This document shows positions 1 through 16,887 of a stretch of 64,000 bases of DNA, piece by piece. A model generated the notes under the pieces. The model saw nothing but the letters and a program-made list of their open reading frames with translations, was not told where the DNA came from and did not search any database. This stretch comes from the human T2T-CHM13v2.0 reference genome, Homo sapiens. The first letter of the stretch is position 1. Each line of letters opens with the position of its first letter. A program made the translations under genes and the position numbers. The stretch lies in the NCBI RefSeq assembly GCF_009914755.1, contig NC_060926.1; one strand, given 5' to 3'.

Positions 1-690
1 CTTGAGTTGATTTTTGTATGAAGTGAGATATAGGTATCCAGTTTATTCTTTTATATGTGGTTTGCCGGTTTTCCCATTTAATACATAGGATGTCCATTCC
101 CCAATTCATGTTTTTGTATGCTTTGTTGAAAATCAGTTGGCTGTACATATTTGGCTTTATTTCTGGGTTCTCTGTTCTTTTCCATAGATCTATGTGCCTA
201 CTTTTATACCAGTACCATGCTGTTTTGGTAACTATAGTCTTGTAGTATAATTCAAAGTCCAGTCATGTGATACCTCCAGATTTGTTCAAAAACTTTTGCT
301 TAGGATAGCTTTGGCTATTCGGGCTCTTTTTTGATTCCATATTAATTTTAGGATTTTTTTTTCTAATTCTGTGAAAAATGATGTTGGTATTTTGATGGAA
401 ATTGCATTGAATCTGTAGATTTCTTTAGGCAGTATGGTCATTTTCACAATATTGATCCTTCTAATCCATGAACATGGGATGCATTTCCATTTGTGTCATC
501 TGTGATTTCTTTTAGCAGTGTTTTGTAGTTCTCCTTGTGGAGATCTTTTACCTCCCGCATTACATATGTTCTTAGGTATTTTATTTTTTTTCCTGATGTT
601 GTAAAAGGGATTGAGATCTTGATTTGATTCTCAGCTAGGTCACTGTTGGTATATAACAGTGCTACATTTTTGTGTATATTGTAAATCTAA
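1..690 (-). mobile_element. Old L1 (L1PB/L1MA-like) ORF2 fragment, running off the window start
   Basis: Diverged match to antisense L1 ORF2 (ataccagtaccatgctgttttgg, gcagtatggtcattttcacaatattg), the same region seen at ~30410-31110. Confidence 0.9.
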
Positions 691-732
691 CTTTCTAATG
701 TGGAACTAATGAGATTGGAATCTGAGGCTAGA

Positions 733-1300
733 GTATTAGCTTTATATTTTTGCGTAATAAATTACCACATAGCTTCTTAAAACAAGTCTAGTTTATTAGG
801 TAGGAGTTCTGAAGGCCAGAAATCTGGACAGACTGAGCTGAGTTCTCTAATTAGGGTCTCACAAGGCCAAAATCGTGGTATCAGCCAGGCTGGGCTCTTT
901 TATGGAGGCTTTGGGATGCTCTGTTGCAGAGTTTGACCTCCTAGACAGGCAGGTCTGAGGTCCCCACATCCTTTCTGGCTGTTCATTATGGTCACTCCCT
1001 GCTCCTAGAGGGTGCCCCAATTCTCTCTTGCATTTCCCTTTCATCGGCAAATGAGCAACATCTGATTTTTTTTCTTCCCTAACTTCCCCTTCTGCTAACA
1101 TCAGGAGAAAACTGTTTTTAAATGGCTGATGTAATTAGATGAGACCTACTAAATAGTCTCTCTGGTTTAAGGCCAACTGTATCATATAACATAAAATAAT
1201 TCCAGGGATGATGTCTCATCATATGCACAGGTTCTAGCTATACTCAGTGGGAGGATTATGCAAGGGTGAGTATCACTGGGAATTCTTAGGATTCTGCCTA
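733..1300 (-). mobile_element. MaLR LTR (MLT1D/E-like)
   Basis: Begins gtattagc...taataaattaccac, contains ggtctcacaaggccaaaatc, ends gaattcttaggattctgccta, typical of reversed MLT1. Confidence 0.75.
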
Positions 1301-1350
1301 AGAGTTTCTACTTTGGTTTTTGGGAGACAATTTTTTAAATCTACTTTTTA

Positions 1351-1715
1351 ATCTACTTACTGGCATGTGTATGTTAGTTCTCTGTGCTTTATCACCTGCC
1401 TATTTATTGAATTGTATGTGTTACTTCACTGTACCTCAGCATCTGTCAACTTATTTAAATGTGTGTGTTGGTTTTCTGTGCCTTGGGATCTACTCATTCA
1501 TTGGAATGTGTGTTTTGGTTGATTGTGCCCCAGTATCTATGTATTGAAATGTGTGTGTTGGTTCACTCAGCCTTTCCATTTATCTATGTATTGAAATGTG
1601 TGTGTTGGTTCATTGTGCCATGGCATCTGTCTATTTATTGAAATGAGTATGTTGGTTTTCTGGACCTGGGTATCTGTCTATTTATTGAAATGTGTGTGGG
1701 GGTTTCATCATCTCT
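1351..1715. repeat. Degenerate 47-bp minisatellite, ~7.5 units
   Basis: Units like tattgaaatgtgtgtgttggttcattgtgccatggcatctgtctatt start at 1358, 1405, 1452, 1499, 1542, 1589, 1636, 1683. Confidence 0.9.
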
Positions 1716-2018
1716 ATTATTATATTATTATTATTTTGAGAGACAGTATTTTGCTCTGTTGCCTAGGCTGGAGCGCAGTGGTACAATCATAGCTCACTAC
1801 AGCCTCAAACTCCTGGGCTCATGCAAACCTCCAGCCTCAGCCTCCTGAGTAGCTAGGACTACAGGTGTGTGCCACCACACCTGGCTAATGTTTTTGTTTT
1901 ATTTTATTGTAATGGATATAAGGTCTTGGAATGTTACCCAGGCTGGTCTCAAATCCCTGGCCTCAAGTGATGCTCCCAAACTGCAGGGATTACAGGTGTG
2001 AGCCAACCATGCCTGGCC
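1716..2018 (-). mobile_element. AluJ
   Basis: Antisense Alu with J-type caatcatagctcactacagcctcaaactcctgggctc; tail decayed to (tat)n. Confidence 0.92.
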
Positions 2019-2242
2019 TCATTATGTCTATTTTATCTGTGTATTTTCTCAATGTAAGATAAACAGTTATTTTTATCGGAAAAAAATTTTTGGTTTTAAT
2101 ATTATTTAAGAGGGCAGGCATTTCCTTTTTAAGAATAAAGCTTCTCAGCTTTATTTTGTAATCATAACACAGTAATGACATTTTTAAAAGAAATATACAA
2201 TGCCCCTTTTTTTTTTGTATTAGTTTCAAAGATATTCCCTAA

Positions 2243-2588
<346 letters not shown>

Positions 2589-2679
2589 AACTTTAATTCT
2601 TTACATCTTCGGCACATTTATTTTCTGATTGCTCTGTATGAAATCAAATCCAGCCATAACTTTATTGCTAGCATGCTTC

Positions 2680-3070
2680 AGTTATCTATTTCTGTAAACA
2701 AGCCAGCTTAGCCGCAGTAGTATAAAACAAAAACTGTTTTATTATGCTTCTGGATTCTGCAGTTTAGGAATTTAGGCAGGGTATGGCAGGGATGCCTGGT
2801 CTCTGCATCATGATGTCTGGGGCCTCAGCTAGAATGGCCAAGGCTTCAATAGCCAGGGAGACTCAAAAGATTGAAATCTAAAATCCTCTGAAGGCTTCTT
2901 TACTCTTATGTCTGTATCTGGGCTGAGATGACTAAAAGGCTGAGCTCAGCTGGGGCTGTCCACCAGAGTGCCTACATGTAGCCTCCTCATGTATCTTGGG
3001 CTTCCTCAGAGCATGGTGACACCAGGGTGCACAGATTTCATACATGACAGCTCTAGGCTCCCAGTGCAAC
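2680..3070 (-). mobile_element. MaLR LTR fragment (MLT1F/G-like)
   Basis: gttatctatttctg...ggaatttaggcagggtatggcaggg...tctggggcctcagct motifs. Confidence 0.7.
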
Positions 3071-4198
3071 TGAAAAGTTAATCTAAAAATCTTATATCAC
3101 ATTTGAAATAGAACATGTCCCAATATTGTTTCTCATATTTGATAGTGGATGTTTTTGTGTATCTTAAAGTGTGTTCATGTGTTTTAAGTTATGGTTTTAT
3201 CTCTAGAGAAAAAGCAATGATGACTTCTAAATCATAAAATTGAGACTCTTAGATGGATGGAAAAATAATATATTACCTATATATTATTCATAGATAAGTA
3301 GCATTTTTATTTCATTTCAAAATAATTGGCATCAATTTGAATAACGCATAGTTTAAGAAGCTTGTAGCATAATTAAAAATGGCAGGTTTTGCTTTGTTCC
3401 TGTATCACTAATGAACTGTTAGAATTTTGTAGAGAGCTAACAACTTTTGGAAATAGGAAGGCAGAAAACATTACTGATATAGTGATATAAAAGAAAGGAG
3501 AAAAAGATACAATTAGTATTTATAAAATGAAATTATATTTGCCTTGTTCCTGGCTTTCTCAAAGGAAAGAAATAACTTTTTCTTGTGTTACTTAAAATGA
3601 GATCTGATGCTGCTGAGTTCTTTGTTTTTTTCTATGATAGGCCTGAGGAAATTAGGACTTCATTTCCCCAAATCTTCATGGGTCTTGAACCAACAGAAAT
3701 GTGTTATAGTAGCCACCTGCGACACTAACTCTCCTCACAGAACCCATCATGATATGGTCTTAGTTCATAATTCAGTATTTCCTTAGATTTATAGTGTTGT
3801 GTTTAATCTTAGAGCCCTCCATGTTATTTTCCAAGTAGTCTTTAGTTTATTAAGACTATGTTTATTCTTACTAGTTTGAGAAGAAAATCTTGAAAAGTCC
3901 TGGCTTCACCTTCCTTTTCTACCACCTTTATAGAAAATACACCTCTTATACCTGTAATTTAGCAAATTATACCCGTAATTTGGCACTTTGTAGACATAAG
4001 GTAAAGTCATTTTAGGGGGCTGTCCCAGTGGGGACACAAGCCATCTGGCCCAGGGATATTATGTGCTTCTCAACTGTGACAGTTCTTCCTACTCATTATA
4101 TAATGGGCTTTTCTAAAAGCAATTTTTTTTTTCTTAAAGGATTCAGCAAACCCCTGAGCTGTAACAATAGGATTAAGTGATGCTGACATTCAAAGTCC

Positions 4199-4379
4199 GG
4201 AGGTTCTCAGTGTGGTCCCTGGGCCAATAGTATCAGTATTACCTGGGAACTTACTATGAATGCATGTTCTTACACTTCACCCAGGATCTACTTACTCAGA
4301 AGCTCTGGGGCTGGGATCCAGCAGTCTTTTAATAAGCTATGCAGGGGATACTGATGCAGGCTAAGTTTTAGAACCACTG
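4199..4379. mobile_element. MER5A (hAT-Charlie MITE)
   Basis: TIR-like ends ggttctcagtgtggtcc ... ttttagaaccactg and internal tcagtattacctgggaactt. Confidence 0.85.
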
Positions 4380-7300
4380 TCTAAGGATTTGCAATTGTTC
4401 TTAGTATTTAACATGCATTGTACCTTCTTATCCTTCTGAATAAGTATTTCTTATTATTTATGTAAGGTAGCTTTATATGTATAAAATAGTCATACATTTT
4501 AACATTATACGTATATGTATATGTACATAGTCACATATATTTTTCTTGATTTTTACATTAATTTAAAAATGGGGAATGCACTGTCTCTGCCATTGTCCTC
4601 TCCAGATTTTGAGATAGAAATGAAGAAAACCATGTAAAAATGAAGATAAGTAGACCAGGGTGGGACTCTGTGGAGCTGGAGATCGATGGGCAAGAGATGT
4701 GAAGAAGGTGAGGAGAAAGGGATAGAGTAAGGGGGCAGGACCTTGGCCTGTAACTTGTGCTGGGAGCTCAGCTGAGAGCATCACTGGGGCAGCTGAGTGA
4801 GAATAGAGCAAAAGCTGTTGCTCTGTCTATATGGTTTTAACCAGGGTTGTTTTATTCCAGGGATAATGGGAAGGTTGGATCAACACCCTTTTCTCAGTTG
4901 ATTCTTCTCATTGATACCTTTGCCTTTAGCACTGTGTAAACTCATTCCTGCAGTAAAATGACTTTTTAAATGATTGCTCACTTGTCACTAACTTGATCTG
5001 CATTGTCACAGACTTAATTATAAAACTTTTAATTCTACTTAGTACTGTAACATAGGATAGTGTTTTAATAGGTAGAATAGGATTGTTTTGCTATGTTAGA
5101 TTAAATATGGAGGGGGTGTTCATATACAAAGAACCATCAGTTGCTTTTTCCAGGAACATTATATTATTGTTTTAACAAGTAAAAGAGATTTCATTTACAT
5201 TGTTTCCATTTACAAAGCTTTTTCTCAGAGTTTGTCTTTTGGAAGTCCACACTCTTTGTTTTGTAATAGGTTGGGAAGCAACATGGCTCTAAGCAAGTTA
5301 ACCCTGTTTTAAATTTATTCCTTTATTAATTTTTTGGAATAGTAATTTAGTTATGATTCACAATTTCAATGTTATCTTTAATGTGTTAACTTCTAGTTTT
5401 AGTGTATGTACCCAGAGTAGATACTTACTAAATGTTGGTTAAATGAATGAAGATTGGCTTTGTTAAGATTTTTGGAGAGAGCTCCTTCTGTGTTGTAAAG
5501 GTGCTCAGAAGGGTGATTTTTTTTCTGCTGCTCTGGTTTGATTTTTGCATTATATTTTTGTAGTTAAATATTAATCTCTCTTTTGAAATCCTTAATTGCA
5601 TATAGATTTTTAAAGTTGATCTTTATTTTATGGTTCTTTGCTTTAAATGTTCCACTTAATTTTAAATGGCAAGGATTTAAAACAAGCTCTAAACTAGTAT
5701 AGAGGACATGTACATATCTTGAAAAATGACCTGTTATAAGCCTGTACACTGTGGCATTTACTGGTAAGGTTTCTCATCATGTGCATGTGAAGAGAAAAGA
5801 AACAAACTTATTTTATTGCTTTAATGGCGTTGTAAAAAATGGCAAGAACTTCAGCAGGGGTTTATATCAGCCAGCTCATTTGGGTTTCTAACTTCCTTCT
5901 TATTGCTTTTCCTTCCCATAGCTTCATGAGTGGCCTTTCAAGTTTTTTTTTCCACTTACATATACTCATATTTTTCTTTTCCATGTAACTCTGACACATA
6001 GTTACTCTCACAGGTCTGTCACTACTCAGATATCCTCTCTATGGTGATCTCAGACCGTAGCCAAGTTTCATCCCCCTAATGCTACTCAGCCAGTGGATGC
6101 TGACATTTCAGAAGGGAAGTGTGGATGGGCCACAAAGTAAGGACTTCTCATTTCTTTCACTGAGAAGTATTTTGGCTCTTTGGTTGGTTCTAATAACAAC
6201 TAGGACTACCTTGGAGTAGGAAAACCTGATTTCAGAGTCTAACAAAACCCAAAGGTAGGCATTCAGAAACCTGGACCTCACAAAGGGAAATGAAAAGTGA
6301 TCAAGAAGCTAGATCTGGCCCCTTTTTTCTATCTGTATTAGATATCTGCTCTGTTCTTTTCTCAACTCTCAATTGATTTGGTAAAGATGGTTAAATGAGA
6401 ACAACTGAATTGTAAAATTATCTACATTTCATGATTAAGCCTGACTGAATTAAGATCTTTGTACCAGAGAGTCATTCAGATTGGTCCAACTTGGACCATA
6501 TATTCTCCTGTATCCGACAGACTGTGGACAAAAGATGGGGTTCACAGTAAAACAGAATGTGGACCCTCAGGAACCTTGTCCCATGGCAAGGTCAGATCTA
6601 TTCTGATTCAAACGAGGCCAAAGCAAACAAAACCCAAAATTTGGGGTTTTAATTGATATAAAAACATTTTGAATTTTGTAGCACATTTTTCTAATTCTTA
6701 GGTGCCAATTTGGAGCTGACAGTTCTTATTTTTCAAGATGGAACAGACAAATGTTTTTAATCTGTGTGGAATGAGAAACTGGGGAGGATGCAGCTGAATG
6801 TATGTTTTAAAAGAGAGAGAGGGTTTAATGGCTGAAACAAGATCTAAGAGGAGTCAGAAAGAGATCCAGGGCCAGTCAGATGAAACTGGTGGCCTTGGGC
6901 AGAAGAAAAATTGTTCTCTAAGACAAGGGATATCAATGTGCCTGTGTATCAGGATTTGGAGAGTTGAACTTAATTCCTGAGTGGGAGTCAAGGCTGTCAG
7001 CTAAGATTGATAGGGTTGAGTAGGGACCAGGCGGAAAACAGTGAAGTTTGTGGAATAGAACCATGAGGAAATTAAAGAATTTCTGACGGTGAGACTAAAG
7101 TTTAAAATTTAAAATCTAGACCAAGAGGTACCACTCTAACCCATTCCCCTCCAGTAAAAGCAAGTGATTGATTAATTGAGTGGGGCTGTCCAGTCAGATG
7201 CAACAGAAGGACTGAGGGAAAAGAAATTGAAAAAAGATAGTTGACAAGTGAGAGAGTAGAAGTGCTTCATTGTGGGGTCCTATCTGAGTAGGGAAGGAAA

Positions 7301-7586
7301 TAAAGACAGGAAGAGACACAGTTGTTGAAGAAGAGGAATGCTTTAAAGTTGAGGTCTCAATGTTCTAGGCTCACACTTAGTGATAGAAAGATGGAGGATA
7401 GAAGATGGAATTCCAGAATCGATGATGTTGGAGGAAATCCTGTTCTGGTGATGCCAGGGTCTGTGCTATGGCCACTGGCTTTTCCCGTGGTAGCATTTCC
7501 TTGGAGAAGGTCAAGGAACTTGTGTTTTGCGGCTCTTCAATCGGCCTCCCATATGGACATTGATAATAATAGCTAACTTTCTAGGA

Positions 7587-8120
<534 letters not shown>

Positions 8121-8243
8121 CATGGACTCCCAAAGCCCCATCCTCCCAGTTTCTGTTTTTCCTCTTCATTCCTTTGTTTTTGCCTTCCTTAATTTAAAAA
8201 AAGGGCGTAAAACGAACAAAAACATGTAATATAGCAGGATTTT

Positions 8244-10033
<1,790 letters not shown>

Positions 10034-10838
10034 ATATAGCAGGATTTTAAAAAGAAATGAGAAATAAGCATTAAAAATAAAAATTTATAAGATATAGGAT
10101 GTAATCAAGGGTAGGTTAGCATACAAATTCAAGGTGTTAATTTTATCGCATTTACTAGGCTTAGGCTGTAAAATTGGCTTTAACATTTTAAGAGCAAGCA
10201 TGAAGAAACAAAAATTACATGATACTCAGAGTTGAGTAAGACTACTCCCAGTACTGAGATGTGGGAGATGACAGGCCTTGGGTAATGGGAAAAACATCAT
10301 CATTAGGAAGACTCTTTATAAAAATATAATAATATATTTTATTGAGTTCTTACTGATAATATCTATCATGTAGGCAAATAAAATTCTGGGAGATTTAAAA
10401 TAATATGGTTGAGTACGGTTGCTCAAAGACAGGTTGGAATGCAGGTAGAGCTAGGCAGATGCCACATTTTTTTCTTAAAGATTGGCAGATTAAATGACAC
10501 CTAAAGATGGGTAGAAAAATGTCACCAGTTCATACACGTAAAAATTGTTCCATGTGGAATGATCTGAGATTTGGAATCAATTACTGTAATTTCTTCAACT
10601 AAGAGTTCAACTCCTTCCTGAGCCTGGATTAGGGCTCATATCCAGAATATACTAGGACAGATGTCCTAGTGTAATGTCCTGCTATGACCTCGTGACATTT
10701 TTCTACTCATCTTCCTACAAAGAAGTAGGATATGAAGTCTAGAGGGATGAGAAACGATTGTGGAATTTTTTTTCTCTCTGTATTTTTATGTCTTTTGACT
10801 AGACATGGGGAGGTTGTTTCATCTCACAATCTTTAGGG

Positions 10839-11025
10839 CAGTGGTTGTACAAAGTTAGCATGCATTTTAATTACTCAAAAGCTTATTAAAACACAGATTG
10901 CTGGTCCTCAACTCTAAACTATCTGATTCAGTGGGTGTGGAGTAGGGTATGAGAACTGCATTTTTAACAAGTTCCTAACTGATATTGATGGCTGCTGGTC
11001 AGAATGCACACTTTGAGAACCACTG
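10839..11025. mobile_element. MER5A
   Basis: cagtggttgtacaaagt ... acactttgagaaccactg termini, acacagattgctgg core. Confidence 0.85.
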
Positions 11026-12566
11026 CTGTACAAATAGGAAATAAAATGAAATTGGATAATAATTTAGAATATTTAATGCTAACATTCTAAATTAGGGAAA
11101 ATCCTAGATTATTTTAATGTCTTTTTTCCTATATACCCATATCCTCATTGAAAGTAGTTTTGACAGTAAATCTGATAGAATTTCAGTTTGTTGAGATGGA
11201 GAATTTGTTCTTGCAAACTTGATCATTTACATACTTATAATTTTATTTACTTGAGCCAACCCCCTTTTCGTTAATATCAAGGGTAAAATTTTATATAACC
11301 TGTCTCAAATTCATAATTAATTGAAATTGTAAAGTTTTGCAGGGAATTTTTGTCCCCCTAACACCCCCAAACTGATCTGTTAATTATCTCAAGTGCAAAA
11401 GTGCAAAGATTCTAGCCTCTATCTTTAGAATGGTAATACCACCGAGGGCTATTTGAATAAAAAATGGATAATTTCTTGATTAGTTACAATGCTTTAAAGC
11501 CATGGTTTCTAAGGGTATTGAAGCAGAGAACTCATTTTAATGACTTTATTTCCCAAGTATCAAGGGGCCTTACATATCAATTTTTTGGTTTAGGATAATA
11601 ATTTTGGTGTATTGTAACAACACTCTTTTTATATAGTGTTGATCTCTAAGGAGTGCTTCACTATTTCTTCATTTTTAGGATATCTCACAATATTAGTAAC
11701 TCAAATATTTCAAGTTCATAGAGAATATGAGTAGGAAAATAGATGACTAAGAGTTGTGGTTTACCAGTTTCTCCCAATTTGGCACCCACCAATTTGACTC
11801 ATATCTAATGAGAGCATAAAATAGCCTTTATCTTTTTTTATTCTAAAAATAAAGTCATTGAAAAACTTGTTGACAACAAAAAAAAGATTAGAGATCTGAA
11901 TTATATTTCTCCTTGGTTCTCGATACGGTTTAAAAGCTAACCTGAACAACTCTGAGAACGTCATGCATTTACTGGGTAAAAACATGTGGGCTAACTGGGC
12001 TTGCGAAGATTCTAATATAATACTTTCTACACCAGCTGATAGTGGTAAAGGAAGTTTCAGAACATCAATATTAATTTGTGTCCAGCTGATCGCCTCATAC
12101 GGCATGCTGGTGGCTCTGATTTTTCTTTTTTTAAACCTTGTTTTAATGTCTAATAAGATAAATTTCTACATGTGGAAAATATTAAAGTAATTAAAAACAT
12201 TTGGCTTTTTTGCATATATTTTCTAAAATTAACTTACTTGTTAACACTCATCTCTCTTGTCTCTAATTGGGTTGAAATGTGTGAAAAAAAGCTTTGATAT
12301 GGAACTGATTTTCAAAGTATGGCTCAACTGTGATACACATGGAGGAGCCAATATATGCAGCTTTGAAAAAGTTTCTGATGTCAGTGTTTTTACTTAGGTG
12401 GCATAAGATTTGAATAAGAAGTTGCTACATCTCAATAACTAAGGTTTCTGTTATCATTTGGAAATCTAAGCACTATCACTTTAGAGCTTTGAGTTAAAAG
12501 GTGGTACTCCAAGGTCTGCTTCTGAAGAAATTGTTTCTCTTTTTTCTTTAAAATATTCATAGTGTT

Positions 12567-12925
<359 letters not shown>

Positions 12926-13507
12926 TCATGGTGTCATCTCATTTCCTAGTAAAGGGGGTGGGGCTATATTTAGTAATTTGTTTTTCTAAAGGCAGATAAA
13001 TACTATCCTCCTTTCAAGTGCTCTGTAGCTGGATGGCTTTGTTTGACTTTCTTTAAAATTATTTTTAAAGTGTGAGCACACATAATTTTATATAATATCT
13101 TCATCAGATTTAAATGATGTAATTTAGGTAACTCTTGCAAAGGCTTTACATTTTTTTAAAAATGTAAACCATCCTTACTCTACTATTTCACCATAGATGA
13201 ACACTCAGTACATTGACACAGCTTATACTATTTTTTGAAGGTTGAATTTTACATAAAAACAAGGTTATATTCTATGCCTGTGGAAAAGTTAATATTCATT
13301 TCTTTCCTGTCATCCTGTGAGCTTTATTAAAACTGCTACCACCTGTCAGCAAGAGGTAGAAGAGCGTCATAATGAAAGGAATTGATGCTGAAATATCTTT
13401 CTGAAGAAAAATAGAAGCAGCTTCTTTTTTTGACTTGTGATATTTGGGGCCTCAGCTAATCAACGTTGCAGAAGTTTGAGATGATTGGAAATCTTAATGG
13501 AGGCAAA

Positions 13508-13722
13508 TGGAGCCATATCCAGGCTTGATGGGATCTGAAGCATATAAAATTTGGGAGGTTTCCTTTAAAGAAAAACAAAAACAAAAACACAAAAAAATGC
13601 TTTCCTTTAGAAATTTATAAAACTTCTAATGGAAGGTGTTGGATTCTCTCCTGGGGCCCTCTGGGCAGGAGAAGCCCTTAAGCTTAAACTTCTTTAACTT
13701 CAAGGTACACACTGCCTTTTGG
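13508..13722. mobile_element. hAT-Tip100-like DNA transposon remnant
   Basis: atccaggcttgatgggatctgaagcatataaaatttggg start and gcccttaagcttaaacttctttaacttcaagg end resemble recalled Tip100-group MITE termini; exact family uncertain. Confidence 0.55.
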
Positions 13723-14439
13723 GCAAAGAGGAGAAATATTAGTTCTGCCTATGGGCATGAGGTGGTCTCCAAACTTCCCTCCAGATCTGGCCCAATTTTT
13801 CAAACCTTCAATCCCTACTGAAAATAAGTTTTATTTCTGCTATAGAATTTCCACCTTGTCTTCTTCAGTCCTGGTTTCCAGTACATCTGTCTTATAACTT
13901 GAAATCTCTGAATAAAACTTGCTGAGTAGGTATTTTTTAATTGGTAGATGATGAGTTGACCAAAATTCAGCACTTGGCCAAAATTGCTGAAAATTGAGAG
14001 AAACTGTCATGGATGTAGTTGACAATTCATTGGCTTTCTTCATGTTTTAAGGTAGTATTAAGATAACACACCAGCAAGCAAAGTATCTTAATCACATTAT
14101 CCCTGAAGAAATGTAATCACTGACTTAAAATTTAATATTTCATATTATAGAGGCTCAACAGGAGAACTCTGTGTTGGAACATTATTTCCATAATACATCT
14201 TGTTCATAAGATCTGTGATGTCAAGGGCTATGTATTCATCCTGCTGATCCCAATGTCAAATATGTCTTACTAGATATTTGCTTCACAAGAAAGAGAAGTG
14301 CTGTGTTTAAAAATGTAGGCTTTGGAACTTAAAATATCTGATAAGCATAATCATTACACACCAGGGTTACTTCCTTATATCATCCTAAAACATTTAGGAA
14401 ATGTGCTCATTTTATATATTGAGAAAGTAAGATTATCTT

Positions 14440-14655
14440 TAAAAGTGTGGATTTTGGAGCTAGGCCCAGTGCCTTTGACTGTATTGCTTACTTTCTGCTA
14501 TGGGGCAATCTTTATGTCTTTATGATTCCATTTTCTCATTTATAAATTGAGGTATCTTAAGGTTATGATGATGATTAAATGGTATAATAAATGTGGGCTA
14601 CTTGGTAAAGTGCCACATAAGTAAGCCCTCTGAAGTGTTTACCTATTGCTGCAGC
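14440..14655 (+). mobile_element. MIR
   Basis: Core ttccattttctcatttataaattgagg and MIR-like 3' end. Confidence 0.7.
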
Positions 14656-15809
14656 TGTTTAGCCATTGATTCAGCATCATACAAGCACACATCTAATGAA
14701 TTCGTACTTTTAGTGAATGAATAAAAAATGGTATCTTTATAAACTCGAATGTTGCCCCTTGTTAATTTTCTAACAAATTAGAACTGTGAAACCCAACTTA
14801 TTTTCATTTTTGCCTTAGAGATCAGTAAGCTTAGAACGAAATTCATTATTCCAATGGTGTAACTTGTTCAGTTCAATTCTAGGAACAACTACTACTTTAT
14901 TTTCTTCAGTTGATCCCTATTCTCTTTGATCCTTTAATTTCTGATTTTATGTCATCTCCATCCATAAATCACTGCCAAGCCTTTTGAAAGGGGTATAATT
15001 TATATTAAATGGCCTATCTCCCATTCCCTGTTAACATCTTGACCATGTGCAATTGTGTGCCGTTCTCATCTGTGAGGTTTTAGTTGTAGCATGGATTCTT
15101 TTTAGGCTTAATTGGAAAAGCCGTCAATCCTGTAAACCACCTACGACATCCCACAGTGTACTATACAGGTTAATTTTCCATGACTATTACATTTTGTGAC
15201 ACTGGTTTAAAGAGCAAAATCCAAATTATCTGCTTACTAAATGTATAAATTCAGAAAATGACATCTTTTCAAAATTCTTTTAAATTTTGGGTAAGTTTAG
15301 GTAACGCCAAAAGTCCTATTCGGTATTTTAGAGCCAAAATCTAGACAGAAGGTGTAATGTAAAACACAGTTTTGTCAAAACACTCAGACCATTGGCTTAT
15401 TTACCTGCTTGTAGTTTATATTAAAAAGTAAATTATCATTGAATGAGATTTTAGGTCTTTCTGAAAATGAGAAATTTCCATTGAAAGATATGGCTAGTCA
15501 TGTTTTTGTTGCTTAAGATTTTATAGCTGGAAATACTGCATTTTAAAAATATCTTCAGTTTTTCATCCACATTACAGCTAGGTGCTCCTAAATGTGTTGA
15601 AAGATTTCTATTAATATATGGTATTAAATGATTCATAATTTGAAGACTCTTAAAGTTCTTTGATCTTATAGCTAAAAATACTGCAGGTATTATAGTTACT
15701 AGAAAAAATTTCCCATTCTATACTGGCTTGTCTATTATCTGCAGCTTACTTAGAATTTTTAAAGGACAGTATAAATAAACGGAACCCCCCAAATCTGGTA
15801 CTGATACTT

Positions 15810-15956
15810 GACTGGAAGACCCATGGCCTAGTTCCAGCTGTGTAATCAGTAGCTATGTGATTTTGACCAAATAAGTTAACATCTCTATGCCTCAATTTTC
15901 TTATCAATAAAATGAGGAAAGTTGGGCTAAACTGATTCCTGAGATCCCATTCAGCT
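15810..15956 (+). mobile_element. MIR3/MIRc
   Basis: tatgtgattttgaccaaataagttaacatctctatgcctcaattttcttatcaataaaatgagg. Confidence 0.75.
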
Positions 15957-16025
15957 GTGGAAGCCTTTGATTCTCTTGTCACAAAGCAGCACACAATGAA
16001 ATACTTTATTCAAAATGAAATGGTG

Positions 16026-16178
16026 AGCCAGGCATGGTGGGCCACAGCTGTAATCCTAGCACTCTGGGAGGCTGAAGAAGGAGGATTGCTTGAGCTCAGG
16101 AGTTTGAGATCAGCTGGGCAACGTAGTAAGACCTCATCTCTACCAAAAAATTAAAATAAAATAATATAAAATAAATAA
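16026..16178 (+). mobile_element. FLAM (Alu left monomer)
   Basis: Single monomer with gaggattgcttgagctcaggagtttgag followed by an A-rich tail. Confidence 0.85.
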
Positions 16179-16604
16179 TTGGCGCAGTGTTATTAAGCAT
16201 TGGCCCCTGGAATATATCCAAAGGTCAGGAAAGAAGTTCACAGTTCTGTATAGTCTGCATAGCTGCAGCCAGGCTGGCTGATGCAAGTGTCTGTAAAGTT
16301 ACTGTGGCTTTCTATTTGCCTGCTGGGATTCTAGCATTGAGGATAGCCTCTGAAAAACAGTGCCACTATGAGCCAGTTTCAGTTCCATTGAAGGAAAAAA
16401 TGATTTGAGAACCTCAAAATGGGATCCATGGACTTCTGTATTCTACCAGGGCTCAGCAAATACTTCACAGGTGATTTGGTTGGTAGGGATGAAAAGAACG
16501 TTGAGACAGCTTTGTTCACATACATTCTTCAATTTGAAATGTTAATTATTATGACAGGCACTGTAGCATGTGTAATCATGAATAATTATAAGAAGCAATA
16601 AAGC

Positions 16605-16860
16605 TCATAATGTTAAAGAGAGGGAACTCGAAAGGCAGTCTTCCTGGGTTTAAATCTGAGCACTGTCTGTCAATAGCTTTGAGAGTTCAAGCAAGTTGTT
16701 TAACCTCTTTGTGCCTCAGTTCCTTCATGTAGAAAGTAAGTATAATAATAGAACCTGCCTTATAAAGTTATTCTGGAAATCAATAAATTATTAAATGTAA
16801 AACATTTAGAATGTCTGGCATGTAAATTCTTCATAGGTGTTATCTATTGTTATTACATTA
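16605..16860 (+). mobile_element. MIR
   Basis: gcaagttgtttaacctctttgtgcctcagttccttcatg core. Confidence 0.85.
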
Positions 16861-16887
16861 TTTTCACAGAAAATATTTAATGTTTGC

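Noticed and set aside
1351-1715. Regularly spaced repeats resembling a CRISPR array
   Set aside because: The intervening halves are homologous to each other rather than unique spacers; human DNA with no cas genes
10651-10670. 9-bp hairpin actaggaca-ga-tgtcctagt
   Set aside because: Short and within chance expectation for 64 kb
11900-12125. CpG-bearing unique stretch ending in CTGA, considered as a snoRNA or exon
   Set aside because: No RTGATGA box C, terminal stem or convincing splice sites
14564-14633. ATGATGA...CTGA spacing like a C/D-box snoRNA
   Set aside because: Lies inside a MIR, with no terminal stem and no guide sequence I can recognise
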